From the NCBI GenBank assembly GCA_037441705.1, contig JBBIRR010000008.1, positions 1 through 64,000 on the forward strand: a stretch of DNA of 64,000 nucleotides. Direction: 5' to 3'. Origin of the DNA: Ignavibacteriales bacterium. Lineage in GTDB: Bacteria; Bacteroidota; Ignavibacteria; UBA10030; UBA6906. A program made the position numbers and the translations under genes. Of this stretch, positions 49,952 to 58,296 are shown one piece after another (the first letter of the stretch is position 1; each line of letters begins with the position of its first letter). The notes under the pieces were generated by a model. That model saw only the letters and a list, made by a program, of their open reading frames with translations. It did not search any database and had not been told where the DNA came from.

Positions 49952-51118
49952 ATGAGAGTCCTCGCGCTCTTCTACGACATCCCACGGCCGGACTTCGAGG
50001 AACTGAAAAGACTTGAGGACCAGGATCAAACTCCCCGTGCGACCATTTTCACGACGGAGTTCAATGCCGACGTGCTCGATCGGAAGATGCTTCAGCGTGC
50101 ACCGGCGCTGCGGCGGTTCGTCTATCGTTTCTTGCCCGTTCCGCTGGCGCAGGTTATCGAAGCCTTCTGCATTGTTCGTCGGTACGATCTCGTGCTGTCG
50201 TGGCAGGAAAAGATTGCGTTCCCGTTTGCGCTGCTCTGCAAGATCACCGGGAATCGGTCGGTTCCTCACGTTGCGCTCTGCAGCTGGCCGGGCAAGGGGC
50301 TGAAGGGGCTGTTGCTGCGCTTCGTGCACTCGCACATCGACCGCCTGATTCTCTGGTCGAGCGTGCAGCGGAGGTTGCTGATTGAGAAGTACAACATCCC
50401 CTCAACAAAGATATCTTTCATTCACTACTTTGTTGATCAAAAATTCTTCCGCCCGCAACAGAGGGAGACGGACATGATCCTCTCGATAGGAAGCGAGATG
50501 CGTGACTTCCCAACATTGCTCAAGGCGTTGGATGGTTTGGAGATCAAATGCCATGTTGCTGCAGGCGAGTTGAAGGGGGTGAAGACGGAGTGGGTCAAGA
50601 AGGTCGAAACGGCCTCCTATATCCCTCCGAACATCACCGTGGGAAGGAAGAACGCGCTTGAACTGCGCGAGCTGTATGCGCGCTCGCGGTTTGTTGTTCT
50701 TCCTCTTCTTCCGACGCAAACAGACAACGGCATTACGTGCATGCTCGAGGCGATGGCGATGGGAAGACCTGTCATCTGTTCTCGAACCGAAGGGCAAGTC
50801 GATGTGCTGAAGGACGGCGAGACCGGTCTCTTTGTGCCGCCCGGCGACCCGCAGGCGCTGCGTGCAGCCATCGAGTATCTCTGGAACAACCCCGACCTGG
50901 CGGATCGAATGGGGCGCGCGGCTCGCCGCTACGTTGAAGAATTCCAAACGCTGGATAAGTTCGTTGGGGACATCAAGCAAATCGTGAATGAAGTCCTTTC
51001 CGCCCGCAGCCAACAAAGAGCGCAGCGAACAATCAAGAGCGCCCCATCTCCGAAGCCAGAAAATGGCGAAACGACCGCCGAGGACGCCCACGAACAAAGG
51101 GTTCATGCCAACCGTTAG
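49952..51118 (+). CDS. GT4 glycosyltransferase
   Basis: RDFPTL, GIT.MLEAMAMGRPVI, GETGLFVPPGD. Confidence 0.88.
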   Translation: MRVLALFYDIPRPDFEELKRLEDQDQTPRATIFTTEFNADVLDRKMLQRAPALRRFVYRFLPVPLAQVIEAFCIVRRYDLVLSWQEKIAFPFALLCKITGNRSVPHVALCSWPGKGLKGLLLRFVHSHIDRLILWSSVQRRLLIEKYNIPSTKISFIHYFVDQKFFRPQQRETDMILSIGSEMRDFPTLLKALDGLEIKCHVAAGELKGVKTEWVKKVETASYIPPNITVGRKNALELRELYARSRFVVLPLLPTQTDNGITCMLEAMAMGRPVICSRTEGQVDVLKDGETGLFVPPGDPQALRAAIEYLWNNPDLADRMGRAARRYVEEFQTLDKFVGDIKQIVNEVLSARSQQRAQRTIKSAPSPKPENGETTAEDAHEQRVHANR

Positions 51119-51262
51119 GTTGGTATTCGGGCAGTCAGAAGCTATGTGAAGAATTTCTCGATGCCCGAATTAGGCTGGATAACTTTTACACACACCCCGT
51201 GGCGGGGAACGGTCGTTTCAGGCAAACCCATGAAGAATCGAACGTATTTGCTGAAGTGGGAT

Positions 51263-51278
51263 TGGCATGTCGCTTGAA
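51263..51278 (+). promoter_or_regulatory. possible sigma54 (-24/-12) promoter, GA variant
   Basis: TGGCATGTCGCTTGAA. Confidence 0.35.
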
Positions 51279-51347
51279 CGGCTCTTGATGAATCATTGTA
51301 TGATGAGATAGAATGCAAGCCGGCCTTCATTCCATAAAGGACTGATC

Positions 51348-52553
51348 TTGATCGAAATCGTTATTACCATACTTCAGGCCCCACTGCTGGTCATTGCGCT
51401 TTGCCTGTCCTTGTACCTCCTGCTGCTGACGATCGTTCCGTTTATTGTTTCTGCAGGACCCAAAAGGCGTCCGTCCGACCGCAAGAAATTCGCCATCATC
51501 ATCCCTGCTCATAATGAAGAGAAGGTGATTGAGAAAACGCTCCGCAGTGTTTTCCGTGTGGACTACCCGAAGGAGTTGTATGATGTGATTGTTGTTGCCG
51601 ACAACTGCACCGATCAGACGGCGAAGATCGCCCTGGAGTGCGGAGCGATTGTTTTTCAGCGCGTCGATGCTGCCCGTCGAGGCAAAGGCTACGCGTTGAA
51701 CTGGGTGACCCCTCAGGTGCTGGAGCGCCTCCCCGCTCCCGGCTACGACGCCTGTGTGTTTATGGACGCCGATTCGATCATGATGCCCGCGTTTCTCGAA
51801 GAGATGAACCGGTCGCTGCACGAAGGGCATCGCATTATTCAGAGCAGTGACCTGGTGCTCGATAACAGTACCTCGTGGCGAGTGCAATTGATTCTGATAG
51901 CATTTGCGCTGCAGAACTACGTTCGTCTGCTCGGCAAATCGCGCCTGGGGCTTTCCGTCCTTCTCAAGGGAAACGGCATGTGCTTCGATGCGTCCCTCCT
52001 GCGCACCGTCAAGTGGGACGAATCCTCGCTTGGCGAAGACCTGGATATGGGAGTCGACCTCATCCGCAGAGGTGAGAAGATTCACTTCAACCCGGATGCC
52101 GTGGTCTACGCACTTATGCCCGAGCAGGCCTCGAGCGCCACAACACAACGCATGCGATGGGAAGGCGGACGATTTGCCAGCCTGCGGCGAAGGGTTCCCA
52201 AGCTCCTGCGTGAAGCATGGAAGAAGAAGAGCATCGATCTCTTGGAAGCGGCGGTGGACGCGGCGTTTCCTCCGCTGGCCGTACTGCTGTTTGGCGCAGG
52301 CACGTTTGTCGCAATCAACGCACTGCTCATTACCGCGGGCATCGTGACCGGCACGCTGATGCTCTGGGGTTGGCTTTGTGTGCTTTTGACCATAGCGCTG
52401 CACTGCGTACTGGGTTTGATCATTGCGCGCGTGCGGTTCCGCAACCTGGTTGCCCTGTTGTATGTGCCGCGCTATCTTGTGTGGAAGCTCCGTGTCTACT
52501 TCGCGATGCTTCTCGGCAAAACGGAAAAAGGATGGATTCGCACAGAGCGATGA
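51348..52553 (+). CDS. GT2 membrane glycosyltransferase (CESA-like)
   Basis: IPAHNEE, DNCTD, GKG.AL, DAD, GED, QRMRW. Confidence 0.9.
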   Translation: MIEIVITILQAPLLVIALCLSLYLLLLTIVPFIVSAGPKRRPSDRKKFAIIIPAHNEEKVIEKTLRSVFRVDYPKELYDVIVVADNCTDQTAKIALECGAIVFQRVDAARRGKGYALNWVTPQVLERLPAPGYDACVFMDADSIMMPAFLEEMNRSLHEGHRIIQSSDLVLDNSTSWRVQLILIAFALQNYVRLLGKSRLGLSVLLKGNGMCFDASLLRTVKWDESSLGEDLDMGVDLIRRGEKIHFNPDAVVYALMPEQASSATTQRMRWEGGRFASLRRRVPKLLREAWKKKSIDLLEAAVDAAFPPLAVLLFGAGTFVAINALLITAGIVTGTLMLWGWLCVLLTIALHCVLGLIIARVRFRNLVALLYVPRYLVWKLRVYFAMLLGKTEKGWIRTER

Positions 52554-52622
52554 GGCAAACGTGTTTGATTTCCTTTTCGATCGTCGAGATGATTCCAACT
52601 CACCATTTGTTCGGGGGGAAAT

Positions 52623-53411
52623 ATGTCGTTGGATGACAAATCCGTGATGGACGATTCGTTTGAATCTGCCCTGGGTGGAGAGTTGCTTCAAACACGCCCG
52701 GTCTCTGCCGCGCGCGTTACCTCTCCGATCGCCAGCAAACCGGGAATTGTACGCGCCTACAGGGCATTGTTTGCGCGGATTAAAGTTCTGGTGTGGACGG
52801 CGGTCGTGGCTTCACGCGATCCGGCGAAGCGCGTGTTCGACATCATCGGGGCAGCAACCCTGTTGGTGCTGACCTCACCTCTCTTTTTGATTATCAGTAT
52901 TGCGATCAAGTTGTACGATGGCGGCCCCGTGATCTTCACACAAACCCGCATCGGAAAATGGGGGAGGCCCTTCAAGTTCTACAAGTTTCGGTCGATGGTC
53001 GTGAATGCCGAAGACTTGAAATCGAAGCTGATGCAATTCAATGAAATGAAGGGCGTTACGTTCAAGATGAGAAACGATCCGCGCGTAACACCGGTCGGAC
53101 GGATCATCCGCAGATTGAGTCTCGATGAGCTTCCACAATTGTGGTGTGTGCTGAAGGGAGACATGTCGCTGGTGGGACCTCGCCCGCCGCTGCCGACGGA
53201 AGTGGCGCTCTACAACAATCGCCACCTCTATCGGCTGGATGGGATGCCCGGACTGACCTGCTTCTGGCAGGTGAAGGGACGCAACGAGATTCAATTCGAG
53301 GATCAGGTGAAAATGGACGTCGAGTATCTTCACAAACGCTCTCTGAAGGAAGATATTCTCTTGTTGATTCAAACCGTCAAGGCAGTGGTCACAGGGCGGG
53401 GGGCATCGTGA
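52623..53411 (+). CDS. priming phosphoglycosyl (sugar) transferase
   Basis: KRVFD, YKFRSM, DPRVT, LDELPQL, GDMSLVGPRP. Confidence 0.93.
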   Translation: MSLDDKSVMDDSFESALGGELLQTRPVSAARVTSPIASKPGIVRAYRALFARIKVLVWTAVVASRDPAKRVFDIIGAATLLVLTSPLFLIISIAIKLYDGGPVIFTQTRIGKWGRPFKFYKFRSMVVNAEDLKSKLMQFNEMKGVTFKMRNDPRVTPVGRIIRRLSLDELPQLWCVLKGDMSLVGPRPPLPTEVALYNNRHLYRLDGMPGLTCFWQVKGRNEIQFEDQVKMDVEYLHKRSLKEDILLLIQTVKAVVTGRGAS

Positions 53412-54958
53412 ATCGAACCGGCGAGGGAATCCCGACCTACCCCACCGTTATCCTGGGGGTTCCATTCAGCACTCTCACGAACGAAGAGACGCTGCAATGT
53501 TTTGATCGGTTGATGGACCAGCGCTCGCATCATATCATCATCACCGCGAATCTGGACTGTGTTGTGCGAGCCATGAGAAACCCGATCCTCAAGCGCATTA
53601 TGTACGATGCCGCGTTGGTAACTCCGGATGGCATGCCGCTGGTGTGGTCGGGTCGCACGATGAATCCGCCGCTAACGGAGCGTGTGGCCGGTTCCGATTT
53701 CATTCCTGTGCTGTTGGAACGAGCCGCTGCGAGAGGGCGTTCGGTGTACTTTCTTGGCGGGCGTGAGGGTATTGCGCAACGCGCTGCCGAGCGATGTAAG
53801 CAGATGTACCCCGGTCTGCGCATTGCCGGCACATACTCGCCTCCCTTCGGCACCGTGTGGGAAATGGAGAATCAGGCCATTGTCGAACGCATTAACGGTG
53901 CGGCGCCCGATATTCTGCTCGTTGCGTTCGGCAATCCCAAGCAGGAATATTGGATGTCGATGAATCACCGCAAGCTTCAGGTTCCGATCTCTATCGGCGT
54001 GGGGGCGACGCTGGATTTTCTTTCGGGCGCCGTTCCTCGTGCGCCCGAATGGATGAAGCGATCCAGCACCGAATGGCTGTTTCGCCTCATGCTCGAGCCA
54101 CGCCGCCTGGGCAAACGCTACGCGCAAGACATCTGGTACGGACTGGTGCCTCTCGTCCTCCAAACGGTTGCTAACGGCGTGATGCGTCTTCTCACGCCTG
54201 CCCTGCATGCCGGCGATGAAGCCCGGATGCACATCAGGGACATGAACGTCACGGCGCACGATGGCCCGCTCACGATTGTCGTCGTGCAGGGATGCCACAA
54301 GCACGACCTGGCACTGTTTGCATCAAAGCTCGGCGAATACTCCTGCGACGCGGTGATTGTCAATTTGCAGCGCTGCACACATCTCGACTCGGAGGCCCTT
54401 TCGGCGCTCGTTGCCATTGATCGTCACATGCGCCGTCGGTCGAAGCACTGTCTCGTGGTGACCGGGATGGTCTCGCGGCAGATCCTCCGTATCGCCCGTC
54501 TCCACGACCTGTTCGCAACGCATGCTTCGATGGACGCTGCCCTCGAATCGCTCCGGTTCATGGGGAAGCATCCGCTGCGGATTCGGGAGACTCGTATCGG
54601 CGACGATGTGCGGGTGATTGCGTTGCATGGCGAGCTGACCAATCTTACTGCTTCTATGCTTGATGTTCTTCGGTTCGATACAGACGGCGGGAAGCCTGTG
54701 GTGTTCGACGTGCGGGGCTTGCGTTTTCTGGATACCGGCGGGCTGCAATATCTCCTCGATCACTGGATGGAGCAGCGAGGACTGGAAGTTGTTCACTGCG
54801 TTACGACAAATCAATTTGTTGCTTCAATACTTCAAACCGATGGCCTGCGAGAACATTTTCGCGTCCACTCTTCGCCGGACGCGATAATCCGGCGTACCAA
54901 TGGCAGGGCATCCTCGTCAGATTTGTACCGGCTGCCGTCGGCAGCAGATGTGCACTAA
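53408..54958 (+). CDS. WecB/TagA/CpsF (GT26) glycosyltransferase fused to two STAS domains
   Basis: TANLD, PDGMP, RVAGSD, FGNPKQE, RAPEW, EPRRL.KRY; then NLQRCTHLDSEAL and FDVRGLRFLDTGGL; GTGA overlap start. Confidence 0.85.
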   Translation: MNRTGEGIPTYPTVILGVPFSTLTNEETLQCFDRLMDQRSHHIIITANLDCVVRAMRNPILKRIMYDAALVTPDGMPLVWSGRTMNPPLTERVAGSDFIPVLLERAAARGRSVYFLGGREGIAQRAAERCKQMYPGLRIAGTYSPPFGTVWEMENQAIVERINGAAPDILLVAFGNPKQEYWMSMNHRKLQVPISIGVGATLDFLSGAVPRAPEWMKRSSTEWLFRLMLEPRRLGKRYAQDIWYGLVPLVLQTVANGVMRLLTPALHAGDEARMHIRDMNVTAHDGPLTIVVVQGCHKHDLALFASKLGEYSCDAVIVNLQRCTHLDSEALSALVAIDRHMRRRSKHCLVVTGMVSRQILRIARLHDLFATHASMDAALESLRFMGKHPLRIRETRIGDDVRVIALHGELTNLTASMLDVLRFDTDGGKPVVFDVRGLRFLDTGGLQYLLDHWMEQRGLEVVHCVTTNQFVASILQTDGLREHFRVHSSPDAIIRRTNGRASSSDLYRLPSAADVH

Positions 54959-54978
54959 AGACCATCACCCACAGCGCT

Positions 54979-56235
54979 ATGGCACACATACGCAGAGCGG
55001 GACCCTTGACTCGAACACTTCATCGTGCGGACGGCATTCCATCGGCACGCATCGGGACCGCACGATCGTTTGTTGCGCTGTCGGACAAGCTCAATGCTGC
55101 TGCTGATGAGTACGCAGCCGTGCGCGAAGCGGTTGAAGGGGTGACTGCCATTCTCGAGGCACACGCGGGACTAATGTTTTTCCCACCTCCCGTGGATTTG
55201 CTTTATTCGCTGTATCGTCATCCGTCGGAGTCGTTCGCCCGCTTCGAGAGAATGGTGCGGGAGCGTGGCGAGCGGATGATCGAACTCCTCGGACTCGAGC
55301 CGCACAAACGAACGCATGAGGTGGATGGTCTGCTGCTTGTTCCGTTACCGTGGGGACAGAGAACGATCGGCCTTGCCGCATTCGACCGGGACGGACGCAA
55401 GCTTCCCATGAACGTCGAGGCGAATCTGATCGGCTTGTGCAATCACATCGCCGCCATCGTCGGATTGAAGGCGCAGCAGGTACAGGCGGGTGCCTCTTCC
55501 ACGACGTCTCTGAAAACCCTGGAGGATGCCGTTGCCGTGCAGAAGAGCCTCTTGCCGGATATTCCGCCGTCGAACGTGTGCGGCCTCAGCATTGCCGTTC
55601 ACACGCAAGCAGCCGAGCTTGTCGGCGGCGATTACTTTGATCTCATCTTGCTCGATCAAAAAAAGATCGGCATAGCCATTGCCGATGTCGAGGGGAAGGG
55701 TGTTTCGGCCGCCTTGTTCGGGAATATGCTGCGTTCGACGGTGCACTTCCTTGCGCGTGAAACTCATTCCACCGCCTCGGTCGTGCGAAAGATCAACACC
55801 ATTCTCCACAAGGACGCGCTTGCGTCACAGAAACTCTTCTCGCTCTTCTATGCGGTGTATGATCCATCCGTCAAGATTCTATCGTATACCGGTTCCGGTC
55901 ACGTGCATCCCATGGTGCTCCGCTCGCAAGGGGGGATGGTGGAACGGCTCCACTCCGATGGCATGCTCATCGGCATCGAGCCGATGCAGCCTCTTCGCGA
56001 GCGTTCAGCACTCGTGCATGAAGGCGATCTGCTTCTCTTCTTTACCGACGGTGTAACCGATCGCATGAATGCGATGGGCGAAACATTTGGCGATCTTCGC
56101 CTGGCCGAACTTCTTCGTCGCTGCAGCGGGAAACCCGTTGAGGAGGGTATGCAATGTATCCTGCACAACCTCGAGGCGTTCACCTCACTCCCGTATGCGG
56201 ACGACATGACACTTATGCTCGCGAAAGTTTTGTAG
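54979..56235 (+). CDS. PP2C/SpoIIE (RsbU-like) Ser phosphatase
   Basis: VQKSLLP, VGGDYFD, IADVEGKG, GH, FTDG, DDMT. Confidence 0.9.
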   Translation: MAHIRRAGPLTRTLHRADGIPSARIGTARSFVALSDKLNAAADEYAAVREAVEGVTAILEAHAGLMFFPPPVDLLYSLYRHPSESFARFERMVRERGERMIELLGLEPHKRTHEVDGLLLVPLPWGQRTIGLAAFDRDGRKLPMNVEANLIGLCNHIAAIVGLKAQQVQAGASSTTSLKTLEDAVAVQKSLLPDIPPSNVCGLSIAVHTQAAELVGGDYFDLILLDQKKIGIAIADVEGKGVSAALFGNMLRSTVHFLARETHSTASVVRKINTILHKDALASQKLFSLFYAVYDPSVKILSYTGSGHVHPMVLRSQGGMVERLHSDGMLIGIEPMQPLRERSALVHEGDLLLFFTDGVTDRMNAMGETFGDLRLAELLRRCSGKPVEEGMQCILHNLEAFTSLPYADDMTLMLAKVL

Positions 56236-56245
56236 AGGGGAGAGG

Positions 56246-56593
56246 ATGACGATTCAAGAACTCACGGATGTGGGAATAATCCTGATCGAGCCGGGCAGTC
56301 GGCTGACGCTGGCGAACGCTCAGGAGTTGCTGCGCGCCGTCCAGGCTCTCCCGCGCGGAGTCGCACCGGTGATCGTGGTGAATATGGAGCGCGTCGGCGT
56401 TGTCGATAGCGCCGGCATCGGCTCGATGGTCAAAGCCCAGAAGCACGTCCAGGCCGTTGGCGGGACACTCTGCCTCGCGGGTCTTCGGCCGGAGATTCAC
56501 CGCATGTTTCAGATGATGAACCTCCATCGCGTGTTCGAGATGTACGAGAATGTAGAACTCGCACGCAAGCAATTCTCGACCCGCAGAGTATAG
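56246..56593 (+). CDS. STAS anti-sigma-antagonist-like protein
   Basis: VVNMERVGVVDSAGIG (phosphoacceptor Ser). Confidence 0.88.
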   Translation: MTIQELTDVGIILIEPGSRLTLANAQELLRAVQALPRGVAPVIVVNMERVGVVDSAGIGSMVKAQKHVQAVGGTLCLAGLRPEIHRMFQMMNLHRVFEMYENVELARKQFSTRRV

Positions 56594-56596
56594 GCT

Positions 56597-58288
56597 ATGC
56601 ACACTACCGCCAAGGGAATCATTTTGCCATCAACGAATGCGGATGCGTTCAAGCCGCTCACCTACCAGATGCCGGTCGGGATGCTGCCCGTTGTCAACAA
56701 GCCCATCATGGAACATCAAATCGAGTTCCTTGTACGCAACGGCATCAAGAACATCCGCATCAGCTGCAATCATCTTTCCAACAAAGTCCAGGCGTATTTC
56801 GGCGACGGCGCACGGTGGGGAGCGAACACAACGTACAACTTCGAGCGGCCCCCTTTTGGATTCGTTGCCGCGCTGCGGCAAGTGCGTCCGTATCTTGAAG
56901 GCGAAACGTTGGTCATTCTGCTCTCGAACATCGTTGCCGATATTGACCTGCGTGAGGCTCTGGAATTCCACTGGGCCAAGCGCGCCGATGCAACCTTTCT
57001 CTACATGACCACCGAAGCTCCCCAACCGGGCCTCTCGATCGTCGTTGATGAGAACGATCGCATCAGCGCCGTCGGTACGCAGAGCCACAATCCCCTCAAG
57101 CGGCTTCCGCTGGAGACGGGAATATGTATCGTCGAGCCGGAGACGTTGGATCTGCTTACCGACACGCTGGGTCATAATCTCCTGCAGGCCTGCTGGCTGG
57201 CAAGCCAGACCGTCCGGCTGCATCTGTTCGGCTATCCTGTGGAGGGGCCGCTGACGCGCATAACGGGTTGGGATTCGTACACGCAAGTCCAGAAGGACAT
57301 TCTCCTCGGCAAATATCCCGGCGTCGTCATTCCCGGCATCGAACTGCAGCCCGGCGTATGGGTGGGAAAGAACATCAGCGCGTCAAGTGCCGTTTCGTTC
57401 GAGGCGCCGCTGCTCATCGGTGACAATTGCCGCATCGGGAAAGGGGTGAGTCTGGGAAAGGAAACGATTATCGGGCACGACGTGATAATGGATGTCGGGG
57501 CGAGTTTACAGAACGCCATCATTCTGTCCGACACGTTCGTCGGCCCGCAGACGCTCATCCGCGACGCGATCATTCAAGGCAACTTGATGATTGACCTCGC
57601 CAAGAAGTCGTTTACCGCGATCCAGGACAGACTCGCAGCCTTCGAAATTCCTCACACCAAGCCGGGCTACAAGTTTTACATTCTCCTGAACCGATGGGTG
57701 GCGCTCCTTCTGTGTGTGGGGCTTTCGCCCTTCTTGCTCGTGTTGTTCGTGCTCCTGATCCTGGGCTTGAAATTTCCGCTGATCACGCGTGTCCGTAGAC
57801 TTGCGCCGGACTTGCGAGAGCTTGCGGCTGGGAAACTCCGTCTGCGGGTGTTCGATTTGATCTACATCGGTCCTGCCGACCTGACCAAACGCGCCGTGGG
57901 CCATAACCCCGACCCGTTTACAACGCTGCCGCACGTGATTGCCCGGCTCGGAAATCTCTTCAACGTGGTCAACGGCGATATCATGCTGGTGGGCAATAGA
58001 CCGTCGGATCCGGAAGTGGCATTCGCGATTACCGAAGAGTATCGCCGCACGCGCCTGAAAAGTCAGGCCGGCGTCATCAGCATTCTGGATACCAACGAAG
58101 TAGATGACAGCACCGAAGAGGAACAGATCATCTCCGAAGGGTACTACGCGGTCAATCGGAATTTCTGGATGGACATGAGCATCCTCATCCGCGGGCTGTG
58201 GAGATTGTTCTGGCGCCTGGTAGGGTTGAAGAAAGTTGTGCGCGAGTACAAGCCGATTCCTCCGGAAGAATCTCCTTCGTTCGACTGA
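56597..58288 (+). CDS. NDP-sugar pyrophosphorylase-like + LbH + sugar-transferase-like fusion, motifs degenerate
   Basis: KPLT..P.GMLPVVNKP, YFGDG..WG, hexapeptide region, TM, NVVNGDIMLVGNRP. Confidence 0.78.
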   Translation: MHTTAKGIILPSTNADAFKPLTYQMPVGMLPVVNKPIMEHQIEFLVRNGIKNIRISCNHLSNKVQAYFGDGARWGANTTYNFERPPFGFVAALRQVRPYLEGETLVILLSNIVADIDLREALEFHWAKRADATFLYMTTEAPQPGLSIVVDENDRISAVGTQSHNPLKRLPLETGICIVEPETLDLLTDTLGHNLLQACWLASQTVRLHLFGYPVEGPLTRITGWDSYTQVQKDILLGKYPGVVIPGIELQPGVWVGKNISASSAVSFEAPLLIGDNCRIGKGVSLGKETIIGHDVIMDVGASLQNAIILSDTFVGPQTLIRDAIIQGNLMIDLAKKSFTAIQDRLAAFEIPHTKPGYKFYILLNRWVALLLCVGLSPFLLVLFVLLILGLKFPLITRVRRLAPDLRELAAGKLRLRVFDLIYIGPADLTKRAVGHNPDPFTTLPHVIARLGNLFNVVNGDIMLVGNRPSDPEVAFAITEEYRRTRLKSQAGVISILDTNEVDDSTEEEQIISEGYYAVNRNFWMDMSILIRGLWRLFWRLVGLKKVVREYKPIPPEESPSFD

Positions 58289-58296
58289 TTCTCCGC

